DNA of 54,853 nt, the filler included, from Sphacelaria rigidula (taxonomy: Eukaryota): assembly GCA_964200075.2 (NCBI GenBank). It is 4 parts of 4 records of this genome, joined end to end, with 100 filler letters (N's around TTAATTAATTAA, not from the genome) between each part and the next. Parts side by side here need not be neighbours in the genome. Positions count along the whole stretch, not along the records: positions 1 to 13,639 come from CAXNAA020002752.1; 3 more parts are not named here. One strand, 5' to 3'. The stretch's first letter is position 1, and each line of letters opens with the position of its first letter. The position numbers and the translations under genes are program-made. This document shows, piece after piece, positions 1 through 13,199 of the stretch. The notes beneath the pieces are model-generated. The model was not told the DNA's origin and made no database searches. It saw nothing but the letters and a program-made list of their open reading frames with translations.

Positions 1-652
1 CGAATAGAAAAATGACTCACTTAAAGCGAATGATCAAAGCCACTCTCAATCGAATCATCTACTCTCAATCTCACGAAAACACTCTTGTATGTATATAGCA
101 TGCATATAGTGATCGTGGGTCTATGTATCCGGTCGAAAATGGCATCCTTGCCGGATATTACGATCATAGTCGAGCATAAATTCCACGTTGCGAGCATAAA
201 TGCGAGCATATATTCCGCTTTACGAGCATAATTTTTGGTGAGATTACTAGCATAAAAAAGTGACCTTACTAGCATAATAAGTAAAAGCCTAGTATTCTGA
301 CAAATGCCGCGATAGCCCCCCCCCTAAAAAGTGCAACTTAGACTGACTCAAAATCCACGAATCACGTGTTTTCAAAAGAACACAAACTTATCAGTTGTGC
401 CAAGACTTGCTGGATCATGATCCATCTCATAGCGTGGGTAGCGTGTTTACAAATGCCAGAAGGTTGTCGTTGATCTAACCTGAGCTGGCTTCAGAACCAG
501 CTCATTACACCGGAGTAGTCGTGGCGAAAATGTATCCCATGAATAAATACAGCAGCATCAGCAACGCGCCGCGTTCGTGTCACCTATACTAAATTCTCAA
601 GAGTTCAGTATCAAACCTTTCAAAGTGGAGGTACGTATAGAAGAAGACTATC

Positions 653-1087
653 TTGTATGGTAACCAATCCGTATTTGTACGAATATGAGGATTTCAGCCC
701 GTCTTCATCCGATTTTCTCCCGTGGGTTGATTTTTCTGACCCCAGTCCGGTGTGCAATGTTTTCCGCCCAGCTCTGAGGAAACCAGACATATTCTCTGAC
801 TCTGTGGACGCTGACTTTTGGTTTGTCACATTTGTGCTCAGATCGGGAGTCTCCCGCATCTCCCCCGATCTGGGCCCCAGATTCGGGGGGGATGCGGGAG
901 TTCCGGACCTAAGCAGAAAGCTGATGAACCAAAAGTCAGCGTCCAAAGAATCGGAGAAATTGTCAGGTTTTCCTCAGAGCGAGGCGAAAAACATTGCCCG
1001 ACGGACTGGGATCAGAAAAATCAATCCACGGGAGAAAATCGGATAAAAACTTCATATTCGTACACATACGGATTGGTTACCATACAA
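653..1087. mobile_element. Foldback / MITE-like palindromic element (435 bp)
   Basis: Ends TTGTATGGTAACCAATCCGTA ... TACGGATTGGTTACCATACAA are a perfect inverted repeat; imperfect complementarity continues inward to a centre near 872; no TSD seen. Confidence 0.8.
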
Positions 1088-3140
1088 AATGGTTCAACAC
1101 ATCGACATCGGTCATGGAGAAAAGGGAAAGTAGGCAATAGGAAGTCGACTATAACAGGAAATCAACAACGTCAGGACCTTAATATCGGACGAAAAAGAGG
1201 CGTAAGACCGCCCTGCTTTGTTGTTGCTCTCAGACAGCCATATCACCCATTCTAGACACAGAAGCTATGCCAGGAACGCTGCACGCCTGCAAATACAATG
1301 CGGTGATTGGACGCGCGATTGAAATAAAAGGGTGGCCGGACCTATTTTTACACGCCAGACCGCATGTTTCACACGTACGTCTAAAAAATTCGGATCCGAT
1401 GAGTCCGATGGGTCACGATCCGTGGGCTGATTTCGAATAACTCCTGGGACTCGACTTTTTTTCGTCTTTATTGTGCGAATCGGCTCGTAGGCCTCGAGCC
1501 AGTACGAGTCATGACTAGTCGGATGTGTGTAATGCTTACCCCACCAAGACTCTGCACATGCGACGTTGAACATTTGGGCCCTAGGCTGATCTGTGAAGTT
1601 CGTCGACTACATCGTTATGAGAGCTCGATTTACCACGTTCACGTGGGGAGAGTATTTTGTGCCCCGTTGAACGCGCATATCGGCAGTAGCGCAACTTTTG
1701 CTATTTTGTAGACTGTAGAGGGGAATAACTTCCACGTGAGCAACTCTCGACCACGTACCCACCACGTCGTGTCGTGACCCACACATTTTTTTGGGGTAAT
1801 TTTTGTGTGACAAATGGCAAAAATCCCAGTGGACCCAAAGATGTTATTTCTTTTCTTTACTTAGTTCGCGCCCTTTGCTGGGAATTTTGCGGAAGGTCGA
1901 TACCCATTCTGGGAAAACAAAAAAAGTGATCAGACCGGTTGATGGGAAGGCACGCGGTGCGACGACGATTTTGTAGCGACCAAGAAGTGTGGCTCTAAAG
2001 TTAAGCAGCATACACACCACACTACGGTATACGCAGCAGCGCGCACACCGCAATGTAGCTCTTGGTTGATGGGGCACCGTGTAATTCTTCGGGTTGGATC
2101 CAAAATACACTGAATGAATGAGAACCGATGCTTGCAGTAGCCATGAAGAAGTCAGTCACACAGACGGCGTCAAGATGAAGGTGCTTGTGTTTCCTCTCCG
2201 AAATCATGAGTCTTGGCGTTGCTATGCCCTACCGAACCCATTTCCGCGAACTGGAGCTTGTTTCACGTGGCAGAGCGAGAGAGAAAGAGAGAGATATCAT
2301 GAAGTCATTTGTACCCGTGCTTGGGCGCTTTACATACAGATGCTGGCAAGAGCGGGTGCTCATCGAGGAACCTCTTTCTTACATTAAGATGGACCCGGGG
2401 AACGCTCTAAATGAATTTCTGCGTAAGGTAAACTAGCTTCTGCAGTGCCTTGCTCGATCAAGTTACCGTTCGGTCTTTTTTTTTTCATCTTTCCTTCGTG
2501 GAACAAAATCTGCCCAAAACAAAAAACTGACCGACTCGCATCAGAACTCACTTTTTGCACAAATTGGGTCAAGGCAGAAATTCATATTCTGTGGCGAAAC
2601 GTAAGCTGCCAATCACTGCGCCGTTGCGGACAGAAGAACTTCGCCATTTTGAAGTCGACACACGACCCATCAACCACCGTTTTACGGAACTATCAATGCC
2701 CTATCGAACTCGTTCATCGTGAACACCTACCGCTCTACGACACCATATATCCCAGGCTTCAATACCGAGTGTCTACGAGAGGACGGTTTTCGGCACATCA
2801 CGCGCAACAACAACTCCGAAGCTAACCCAATTCGAACTTCAACTCTGTGCAGCCTAATATACGCTAGCAAGGCGGATCGCAGTCCACATGCTGCAATTCT
2901 CGACGTCCTCTCATCAAGAAGAGGGATGCTGCGCACGTGTCAAACACTTCATTCTGCAGGAATGGCGAAGTTTTATAGCCCGGCGTCAGCAGGCGCAAAA
3001 GTGCATTCCTAATTTTTCCTACCTTCCAACGACTTACTGCAGATCTACCCGACTATTCTACATCGCGAGACCTATCACGGTGGAACTTCACCCGTCCGGG
3101 ATGCATCGGCGGAAAAACTCAGGTCGCAAGTGAGAACGTC

Positions 3141-3242
3141 TCAAGCCTCCACGCCGATAAGCTTCAAGAGGTCAGCAGCATGTACTTGGACACTTCCTTC
3201 GTCCCCCAATTCGGGGTAAACAGCAACAGCCCCGGCAAAATC
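3141..3242 (-). CDS. cbbY: CbbY-like terminal exon (DFAGAVAVYPELGDEG...IGVEA*)
   Basis: CAG acceptor, TGA stop at 3143-3141. Confidence 0.9.
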   Translation of the reverse strand, partial: DFAGAVAVYPELGDEGSVQVHAADLLKLIGVEA

Positions 3243-6200
3243 CTGAACATCAACACAAGTAACACGAGCCACATCCGACAGTCCCAAACGAGTACGGCGA
3301 GGAGCAAAATACGCAACAGACAACGATGTACGTATGTTGAAGGTGGAAACAAGCTCAGTGTTTCACTTCGTGAACGTTTGTGTTTGGTCTCCAGCATACA
3401 GGTAAGGCCGAAAACGTGTCCAAAACATCTGCTTCTAAGAAAACAAAAGTCAAGTAACACCGAGATTTGTATCACTTGGGCTGAGAGCAAGCCATGTCCT
3501 TGCCTGTAACGGGTTTGCACCATATTATTCGTCTCAAGCATGTATTACTGTACGCAAAACGCAGCGTGAAGGCAACTTCTGGTGGTCTGTCTCACTTGGT
3601 CCTTTGTGGAGTCCGTGTGAGTAATGACGCATGCCATGCTGGCTCCCAATGCTGCTTCGAGGCCGATGAGGCTGTCCTCAATCACCATACATCTGTGCAT
3701 GGGCAATGTGGCAAGACAAAGTGTAAAACAACGTGATCAGAACGACTCTCAAAACCCCGACAACATGAACAGGGCAGAGCGTCAACCGCAAATTCCATAT
3801 CGCTCAAAAGTCCGTGAACAAGTAACAAGTGGGCAGAGATCATGCATAAATCCTGCTTCATCTGCGATCATGTCGATAAAGTACAGAGACGCAGGCGCCA
3901 CTTGTCAATGGTACCCTTAAGGCTTGAGCTAGCCATTACAAATAGTCACTATACCTCACGCGCAGTGCCTCTCAGCATACTTGAAGAGGAAATATCCCTA
4001 CAGTACAAGTATGTATCGCTGGTTTTGGTGCCACAAAGTCATTCTCCTCCGAAGAACACACATTTCGCGAGGTACGAAGGACACCAGACACGTACAAAAT
4101 TAGTCTGATGCGATCGATCTCTTGACATTCCAAGTTTCTTCACTACACTCTGAAGTCGATATTCCATGATATCAGTATCGATATATCGCTTCGATACCCT
4201 CGTGTCTGACCAACACCTCAGAGTGTATACAGTACCTGTCTGATGCGACGCCCAGCTTCTCGCTCGCAAGATTATATATCATTGGGTCCGGCTTTCTACG
4301 AGGTACGTCATCGCCGGCGAGGATGAGATCGAACTTGGCCAGATTCTCTTTCCCCAGCAGATTATCCAACACAAACAAGCAAGAATCCTTCGTAGATGCG
4401 GAGCAGATGGCCATCTTTCCCCCCTGAAGAGGGGGAACAAGCACACGTGCAAGGCGCAAAATATGATCATGTGGTAGTATGGTGATGGGCGACGCTGTGC
4501 CTACCAAAACGAGATACTCCGCACATGAATCGGGCGGGCTAACCTGCAGGCATAAATACCACCATGCAGCTATAGCATGACTGAAAGTCTGACCACTTGC
4601 CAACATGGTTTCAAATGATTTTTTTTCTTCCTTAGAGCGTGTTTGAGTTTCGTGTTTCTTAGGTACCTACGTCAATCATGACACCACGGCTGGACCCCTG
4701 GGGGGTCACTTAAAGTGCGACAATCAATCAAAATCTAAATCAATCAATCAAATGCGCTCGAGTGTAAAAGACTTGAACCTGTACCGAGTTTGTCTATTGC
4801 GGGTACACCGCTTTTGTAGGCTCCAGACTTGCGTGTGCGAGCAGTCTCTGAACAAGGTATGCTGACCTATCAAGAGTATGTTTTCTCTTTCGACACACTC
4901 GTGCTGCATGTAGGTCCGCTTTCTCGTACCATGATATGATCAAACACGACAGCACGCGTCTCTGTTGCACCAGTGCTAGGCTGCATGCAGCTGAATGGTA
5001 CTCGTGTTGAAGGTCCAACACACGTGCAGAGTTCGTGAAGCAGGGCGATCCGCATCTAGTTGACGTGCACGAAGATCAACTCGTGATCATACGGATAGCT
5101 GTGATCACGAGGCAATACTCTCTTGCGTCTCCTAAAGCTTCCAGATCACGGAGAGATGGTAATTCGGACAACTCACCGGGATTGACGCTGCCTCATCGAT
5201 CAGGCGTTGGACTCCTGGTCGTAAAACTGCAGTGCCGTCTGCTATGAAGTCCTTGTAAATGATTGTTTTTCGATCCTACGAACCGAACCGAACCGAACCG
5301 AACGGAAAAAATGCAACACGAACAACGCCGCGGAAAAATACCACAATTAAGGGAAGGGAGAGAAAGCACCTTCTACACAGCTTACTTACATTCACACGTT
5401 CTCTTCGGTGCTATTTTCGGATGCAACTGCGCAGCGGAATGCGCTGGCAAAGTATAGTCCTTATCATCCATTAAAGAGTTTTCCGAATTATAGCACTGGA
5501 TGAGCTAACCACCCAATATTCTGGTTGTGAGCATTCACAACGATATTGAAGGATTGGCGCGATGGATGAGGTGGGTCGGAGCGCCCCCCGATGTTACCGT
5601 GAGTCACAGCAATAGTGCTGACCGACCGATAGACTTGGCTTCTATTCTCGCGCATGTCTGATAACGTCAAAATGAGTCACTGGGAAAAACCCGTGTGTAC
5701 GATCAATCACCTTCACCAACATGCCAACATACCCTCGAGTACAGTACTGCAATTGAATAAATCGCTTTGTATTGCCAGTCAGGGCGTTTGGAGGTGCCTC
5801 GAGCTGTCCTGTCCATGCAAACGCAGATCAAATCTGCCTCGAACGGCTGAACACGCATAGCCGTAGTAGCCAACAGTATGCACTTTCAATACTGGACATT
5901 ATGACCGCAAGCAAAGACGTACTTCAGAATAGAGTGCATATCATAAAAGTAATGGCACCCTCATATATGCGAGGCCAATGGTCTTAAGACGACGGCATGC
6001 ATGATCATGAGTACATTCCCCATATCTCCACTAAAGCCAGATAATACAGGAACAAGGTACCCCAGATTAGGCCACAACCTACGATGGAAGCCCCGCTTTG
6101 TCAACACGTGGCCACCTGCAACGCGTCAATAAGTGCATCCTTCTCCCCATCCGTTTCTGGAGGACCCCCCAACTTGGAACTCGGCCAGCCGTTCTCTCCG

Positions 6201-9113
6201 AAGTAATATCGCATCTTCGGCTTTCCGCCTCCAATCTGGTCGACAACATCAGAGAATCGAACAACCCAATGAGCGTCATGACATGGGCGGTGTGCACGTC
6301 AGGAACATGCAATGGTGGGAAAACGTCTCGAGCGAGAAACCCGCGAACGCGAAGTCCGTTCTGGTTCATTACATGTCATGTCAACGACAACGTGCATGAC
6401 TTGGTTTTTCTCTGTGTACGGATGCTTTGGCAGTACGGCAAAGATATTCAACTACTCCACGCTCTGCAGGTGAACTTCCCGAGAACTACAGTGCATAGCC
6501 ATATATTACGCTGCCCTTGGTGCTTGCATTTCAATCTATTGTACAAGCTAATTCAGAGACACCTCCGAGTATCTCCGTGGCTGATATATCAATATCTGTG
6601 TAGACTCCAGTAAGCGCAGAGGGTGAGTTAGCTATTCCGATTCGCTTCCTCGTGAGCGTTTCCTGGGCCTTGTGCCCAATCATGCCGTACGTGGACCATT
6701 CACAAGACATTTTACGCCAACGACCCCGACGTCATGAAAACAAACAACACGGCCACCACGTTGGCATATTGCGTATTGCTTATGCTCGAGTCTTCGAAAA
6801 TGGATGACAATTTCGCTTCTGGCGAATTTCACGGTGATGTCAGCACGCTTCAGTACTTCTCTCTCGTCGACACCACACCACGGGCCTTGCGTTTCGAGAA
6901 AATGGAGGTGAAGAGACTACTCACTAATGGATGCCATGCTCTGCCACCCATGATATGACGTTGGTGCGGCACAGATTTCGACCAACGCTTATGGAGACTG
7001 ATCCCAGATCTGCAGAAAACACTGTGCCTAGTAATGTTCAGCTATAATGCCCACAGGAACATCTGCAGGGGTCTTGTATGGGCCAACATATTTTGTAATG
7101 TTTTTGTGCAAGTGCGTCATTTTCCGGAGGGGTGTACTAGTACAGTCACGAAACGATAGGCAATCATCCAACAAAAGGACCGTGCCACAGAATTGCCCGG
7201 TACTGCAGTGGAATATACCGTACACCATCCTGCAAGTACAGTACAGTACATTACATTTATATCTTTCCCATCATGTCAAGAGGGCATGACGTTACTCGCC
7301 TTTTCATTGCCAAACCCCATGCAACTCATGAACTGCCTAACAAAGCTGCTGCAATATCTGGCGCAGGTACGGTCTTCACTGTCATGGGTCTGCTGCTTTT
7401 CGTGCGGGCGGTTTCTGAACGCCAAACGCCTCCTGCGCAAGTACCAGTTGTGATGGGTGCACCTTTCATACCCCAACTATTCTTGCAAATCCGTGCTCTA
7501 GATTTGTGGAAACTCGGGCCAAAAAATGTTTTGACGTATCTGCGTTCGCAAAATCCAAGCTAGATCTGCACTCATACAATGACAAAAAAAAATATTAATC
7601 TGGGGTATGACGAAAACACGTGCGTGCAATTCTGTGTTTATTTCATTGTGATATTTTTACCATTTGGGGTCTGAAAAAAAGTCGACCTTCTTACAGGTCC
7701 TGGTAGCGTGTCTCGACTGGACGTGGGCACCGTTGAAAAAAAACGGTGATAACCGGTTCTTGGAAACCCTAGTGGGCGTTCACCGGTTCCGGTTCCGAAA
7801 AAAAAAAACGTTTTTTTTTCCTGATTTAACCGGTTCACCGGTGGACCGATTTAACCAGGGAAGGAGGCGTCATTCTGGCGGTTAAACCTTGCAATGATTT
7901 TGTGTTCAGATGGCGCCGTCGTCGCAGGATTTCTTGACTCGTAGCTGAGGCAGGCAAGTTTATTCGAGTCTCAACAGCGTAATCTTTCGCCAAGGGGAGT
8001 CAGATACTGGTGTTGGGTGTTGGAGTGACAATATCACACAGAGTAATGTAAGATGGCACGTGTTTAAAGCAAAGCAAATGGGCGTGAATTTATGTTCACT
8101 CTGAAGATCTGCTCTAGTTTCCTCCCGGAGGGTACTGTAATATCATGATGTTGGCGTACACAAAAAAGTCTGGCCTGGCCGTCGGTGCTTCTTCTCGATA
8201 AAAGTTGATGCCATGTCTTGTCGCCTATCGCCTCTCTATCACTATTGCGTCATCGTTCATAATGTGGGGCAAAATTGCCCAGGGAGTGGGTGTGATCGCA
8301 TGGTTTGCGCGGTTTGCAGCGTCTTGTCTGGCTTTTCCGTTGTCAGCTGTCGTTTTCATTGTTGTCGGACACTGAGGCGGTGCACTTTTTCCATGCAAAG
8401 TTGAGGGAGAGCGTCACTTTCGCTCCACCTTCCTAGTTTTAGGCATCGGGTTGCGGGGTCGGGTGGAGAGTGGGGTGCAGAGTGTTTTTTCCCTTTCGAC
8501 GCCGCATGTTTGGCGTACACGCTATAGCTCATGCCGGACCGTCTTCACATGGACAGAGCAGTCTTTCGTGCTAATGCCTCGTCGATTTGTCCATGCCATT
8601 TTCAAGTTTCGAACAGCAGCTGTTCGAGTAATATTGAGCATCGCTTCTAGTCAAGCATTAAAATTAGTGTTGCCAGCCATAGGGTTGTGCGTTCGACAGA
8701 TATTGCACGGGTGCGGAGGTGTGAGACAACACCTTGCCGTCACAGGCAATGGGTATGTTTGAGCGTATCAATCACCCACCACGCACGAAACTCGACAGGA
8801 ACGCCTAATTTACCTGCGCTTCGTTGATTTGGAGGTGTCTTTTCTTGCTCGTCAGGCTGTAAAAAAAACGGTCTAACCGTGTTTTTTATTCTGAAAATAA
8901 CGTCTCCTGTCCGATAACCATTTTTGTTGTTGTTGCCAGTGCCCACTTCCGGTCTCGACCAAGCTCCAGAGCTAGAAAAATCAAACTTCTGCTGGGAATG
9001 AGTGACGCACTTACCGTGTTCTGCAAAACGTCGTAGTACTCCGGGCTCCAGTTGTAATCCACCCCAAACTCACGGAACACCGCATTGTACGCTTCCCGGT
9101 GAAGAGACTCTGA
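3141..9113 (-). CDS. cbbY: CbbY-family HAD-superfamily phosphatase (xylulose-1,5-bisphosphate phosphatase-like), 5'-partial, 6 exons, 234 aa visible
   Basis: Exons 9113-9015, 6235-6116, 5275-5177, 4423-4236, 3692-3596, 3242-3141, all GT-AG and frame-consistent: SESLHREAYNAVF..WSPEYYDVLQNT|IGGGKPKMRYYFGENGWP..LIDALQ|DRKTIIYK..LRPGVQRLIDEA..|GGKMAICSASTK..LAGDDVPRRKPDPMIY..|CMVIEDSLIGLEAA..|DFAGAVAVYPEL..*. HAD motifs II-IV and the GGGKPKMR cap motif are present. The DxD motif-I exon was not found in this fragment. Confidence 0.93.
3596..3692 (-). CDS. cbbY: CbbY-like exon (CMVIEDSLIGLEAALGASMACVITHTDSTKDQ)
   Basis: CAG acceptor, GTGAGA donor, 97 nt, HAD motif IV (EDS). Confidence 0.92.
4236..4423 (-). 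CDS. cbbY: CbbY-like exon (GGKMAICSAST...KPDPMIYNLASEKLGVASD)
   Basis: CAG acceptor, GT donor, 188 nt, HAD motifs II and III. Confidence 0.93.
4630..4752 (+). repeat. Family D retroposon-like 3' end with (TCAA)n tail
   Basis: TTTCTTAGGTAC..ACCACGGCTGGACCCCTGGGGGGTCACTTAAAGTGCGACAATCAATCAA; homologs at 27085-27245, 47497-47631 and 16297-16392 (minus). Confidence 0.75.
5177..5275 (-). CDS. cbbY: CbbY-like exon (DRKTIIYKDFIADGTAVLRPGVQRLIDEAASIP)
   Basis: TAG acceptor, GTGAGT donor, 99 nt. Confidence 0.92.
6116..6235 (-). CDS. cbbY: CbbY-like exon (IGGGKPKMRYYFGENGWP...DALIDALQ)
   Basis: CAG acceptor, GT donor, 120 nt; not in the supplied ORF track, translated manually. Confidence 0.92.
9015..9113 (-). 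CDS. cbbY: CbbY-like exon (SESLHREAYNAVFREFGVDYNWSPEYYDVLQNT)
   Basis: CAG acceptor, GTAAGT donor, 99 nt, phase 0/0. Confidence 0.92.
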
Positions 9114-10789
9114 CTGTTGGGATGGATCACAACACCAAGAAAAGCAGGAGCCGCCGGTCAAACGGTGATTGATCGTCATGCGCTCAGCTTGTGATTGTCA
9201 AATCGTCGGCCAACTGCGATGTCCATCACGTTGCTCGTTCATAAGCTAGCAGCTAGCTGTACCAGTTTCTCCGATCTCAACACTGGAGGGATTTTATTTA
9301 AGGCTTTCGATCCGGATAAGGAAGCCTTAGCTTTTGCGCAGAAGAGGTACTACACATGAGATTTCGCGCTCGAAAAACGCCATGAAGCCTGCTTCCGCTC
9401 CGAAATACTTGGGTGCACAGGGGGTATGTGCTACACCCGTACCTTGGACCCCGCTCCCCGAAAAAACACTTTACTCGCGTCATACGGTCGTGCACTTGAG
9501 AGCTTCCCTATATTGCTCGGAAAAAAACGTTGTTCCACATAGCCACCACGTACACCGCGTACAATATTTCCCCTTGAATCATATACTCCCCTTTTCCAAA
9601 GCGCCGACGTACCCTGTCGAGGGTATCGTGGACTCACTACCCTACCCTCGTGCTGTTTTAGATGGAGCGCACGACCAAAAAAATGCGTTGAAAACAGCAA
9701 CCACGAGAGCCGCAGAATCGATACGTCACCGGCTTACGTGTTGTTTATAACCGCAACGATCGACCTCGCGTCTCTCGTGATGGGTATTTTTTTTCCATCA
9801 GTATTCGGCACCAACAAATGTCTTCAAAGTCTTCACTTTTGGATTGCGGCTGTGTTACCCAGTTGGTCACCTGTGGGGTCGTTTCTCGTGTCTGTCTCTG
9901 ACTGTCACGACAAAACACGGTTCAGCCCCAACCCATGTAACTGAAAAAAATCGAGCAAAGACAGGTTTCATGGCGTACTGCCTTAAATGTACGCTTTTGT
10001 CGCATGTACTAGCGTTTCACGGCAAACCCACCCAAGCGAAGATAATTCCAAAATGAGGAAATATGTGCTCCGTAGGAGCGAAATTATCACATTTGATAAA
10101 GTAATCGCAGGAGACTTACACGTGAGTCGCTATCTATCGAAAACGAATGATAAAAAAACAAACGTTGGTTAGTCAGTCAGGGTTTGGAATGAATTCGCCC
10201 ATCAAGAGTCATACACCAAAGCAGTCGCCAACCAATGCGCTGAGGGCTTGAGAAGCAGAAACATTGACACAAGTTTGGAACGGCGGCCCGAGCAGCCGGT
10301 TGCCCTCGTTTGAGTGCAGTACAGCGGTGAAAACGGTAGTGTTGAGAACATGTCAGGATTCGCATTGTTTTCCCGCCCGCCCGTCCGGTGCTTTTAACGG
10401 GTGTCAATCCAGTGAGGGCCATCGGTCCAATACTGAGCGAGTAGCATGGTCACAGCAGAATTCCGCAATTGCCGAGTCTACGAGTGATTCCGATATTTGG
10501 GAGAGTGGCTTTCGAGATGTACCCTTGACTCAGATCGTGCTCGGCGATATGTATCTACAGTATGTCAACAGCAGCTGTACCTTGCGACTATGTACTACAG
10601 TAGTCGTGGTTGACTGTCAGCGATATGTTCTTGCGACTGTGCAATCAAGGCGTATCAGCGGGTAGAAGGAGGTGCGCCGATACTACCGATGTGACCTTCT
10701 GGGGGAGCGCGAGCTTCGATTATGGGATGGGCACAACCAATCTAATATGCACAGAAAGCTGCGTACTCGACACCTCCCGTAGGTCAGGG

Positions 10790-11170
10790 GAATATGCCAG
10801 TCGCAATTTCAGCGAGTACGCTGGCATAGATGTACCCTAGGCTCTTAATGTACCCCGCAGAGCCATGGGCGATTCGTCCAGATACGAATTGGACTACAAA
10901 GGACTTGAGCAGTCCGTCAAGATGCGATGGTTGACACTTAGATGTAACGAAGAGTTGGTGTACACACTGGTGGTGTAGGGGGCGAAGAAAGGCACTCGTG
11001 TGGACGATGACGGAGTAGAGACAGGGTACTGCATCTGGTCCGACTGCTCAAGTCCTTCGCAGTCCAATTCGTATCTTGACGAATCGCCCATGACTCTACG
11101 GATTACATTGAGCGCTCCCACGGGAACACCTATGCTAGCGTACTCGCTGAGATTGCGACTGGAATATTTC
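10790..11170. repeat. Inverted repeat, about 140-bp arms (10790-10925 / 11031-11170), 105-bp spacer
   Basis: Reverse complement of left arm (GACTGCTCAAGTCCTTTGTAGTCCAATTCGTATCTGGACGAATCGCCCATG) aligns with right arm (GACTGCTCAAGTCCTTCGCAGTCCAATTCGTATCTTGACGAATCGCCCATG). Confidence 0.85.
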
Positions 11171-12239
11171 GTCAGGAGCGAAACGGACTCCATCGCCATG
11201 AGCAGCCTAATGGGAGTCCTGCGGAGAGTGATTGGGGAGGGCAATCACTGGAGCAGTACGGCATTTCACATTACCATGAGGTGCTACGCTAGCTCTGAGC
11301 GAGAGCTCAGCCTCCCACCCCTGTCAGTAGGCTGTATGAAGACACCAGTAGAGCTGAGGTTTACGAGGGTGCCACTGAAGGGTACCAACATCCACTGCAG
11401 GCTGGAGGTTCCCGAATCTCACGTGTGGCCTTGCATCTCGAAAAGCTCGTCGTCACGTGTACCGACATACTCACAGCTGTAGCTGTAGATGTAGATGTAG
11501 CTGTAGTGGTCGCATCGTGGAGGGATCCCGAATGCCCACAAAAGGCACAAAATGCACACGGACAGAAGCACAGAAGCACTGGAGTGTGACATGTCACCGG
11601 CAGTGCATAACATTCTTGTGCCAAACGGTATATATTTTCTCGGATGAACATGTATATGGGGGTATGAGGGTGGGGTGGTGGCTGACAGAGACCTATGGTT
11701 CTGCTAGTTACTGGGTGTTGCCGAGTATTGCGAGCACTAGCACTCGGGGAAGGTTGGCATTTACGGGAAAATGCCCCCAACAATCTACCCTGGCTACGCG
11801 GCATTTTTATGTACAGGTTTGAGGGCCTAGTACAAAGGTTGCCTCACCATGAACAAATCAGTTACGCTTGCTGTGAGGCATTGTAGGGGCAAGCGAGTAG
11901 ACTTTCGCTGTGTGGGTACCGAACTATTTACGGTAGGTCATGGTCATCATCCACGAACCGAACGAAGCGAAAATCTTTCCGCTATCGTTGTTCTAGTTTT
12001 TCTCACCTGCGTCATACATCATACGTCATACGTGGTATCTTTCGGCCCCAGGTGATGTGGTAAATTATTACTTTACGGTAATTGCCGCATTTTCTAGGAT
12101 GGCATGTCCACATGCTCGCGCGAAATTCGTGGCGAGAGTTTTCGACTTTGCCTATTCACCACCTTGCAGCTAGAGTGGGATTGATATCTCGATACCAACC
12201 TTTCTTGCCTACATTTTTCTTCCGTTACACGTTCATTTC

Positions 12240-12430
12240 CTCTCCTTCCTCTCGGGACGCATCCGTAGTCTGAATGCTTCTACCCACCTCTCCCCCGGTA
12301 CAATACACGCCTGACCTTTCATTTTGGTCGTGCGGATTGGATCAGCTCTACCGCACCGCGCCGACTGTCGTCAAAGAAAGTCAGTCAAACAAGGCCATTT
12401 TGCTACTCACGTTCTCATGCTTCCAAAGAG
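12240..12430 (-). mobile_element. Diverged family C SINE body fragment
   Basis: Shares CTCTCCCCCGGTAC, TTTTGGTCGTGCGGATTGG, CCGCACCGCGCCGACT and TACTCACGTT with the two fuller copies. Confidence 0.6.
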
Positions 12431-13199
12431 GCACACGGCCTACGGATAGGGTCGATCATTTTGGCTGGCACAATTTCAAGCCCAGTCAGAGCTTCCTAAT
12501 ATACCAAAATGCGGCGTAATTTCTTCGATCAGATGAAAGAATTGAGTGGGAATTGAGTGGTCAAATAGCCGTGATTGGCTCACACATTGCGCCGCTGCCA
12601 GTCAGACAGCTGCAGTCATCAATCGCTTGGGATACAGAAGATCCGTGCTGGCTCAGTGTGTGTGCCCCAACCTGCAAGCGTCCGCCTTGCGTGTCTTCTC
12701 CAATCACAGCACCCGACTACAACTGTACTACCGAAGAAGACGCAACACACAGCTGCACAGTCGTCACGTAATCGTTTGAAGTTTGTGTTCAGCACTTTGA
12801 TCCCACCCCAATTCTGTGCAGACCGGAACACGGCATGCAACAGTGTGTAGACAGCACCGCGTGCCGACAGTCACAATTTTCCTCATTTTCTGTGAAGACA
12901 AAGGCAACGACACTAAGGCAACTCACGCAATCCCAGCGAAGACCAGACCGTCTTCGCAAAGGTCCGAACACACCACAGCGCAGTGACAGCTTCAGTACAT
13001 GTCTCATGTTTTACTTCTTCCTCTCATTTCAGACGGTTCCTCAATTTTTGCCGAGTGCCGATTTTTAAACGCTCGGCCATGATCACGCTTCGCGCGAAAA
13101 TCTTTCAATGCACTTTGAATTGCCTTCATCTATGGGAGGTGAGCCTTCAACGACCGACATAAGATACAAGTACAATTCCTTTGATGAATAAACCCGAAC

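Noticed and set aside
620-1255. Mutually similar ORFs on opposite strands
   Set aside because: A by-product of the 653-1087 palindrome; no coding signature.
2118-3133. Chain of short plus-strand ORFs that might be a decayed transposase
   Set aside because: No DDE, RT or other motif recognised; cannot be supported.
12927-13007. Possible first exon of cbbY (MRHVLKLSLR...WDC|GTGAGT)
   Set aside because: No DxD motif-I exon lies between it and the 9113 acceptor, so it cannot produce a complete HAD enzyme.
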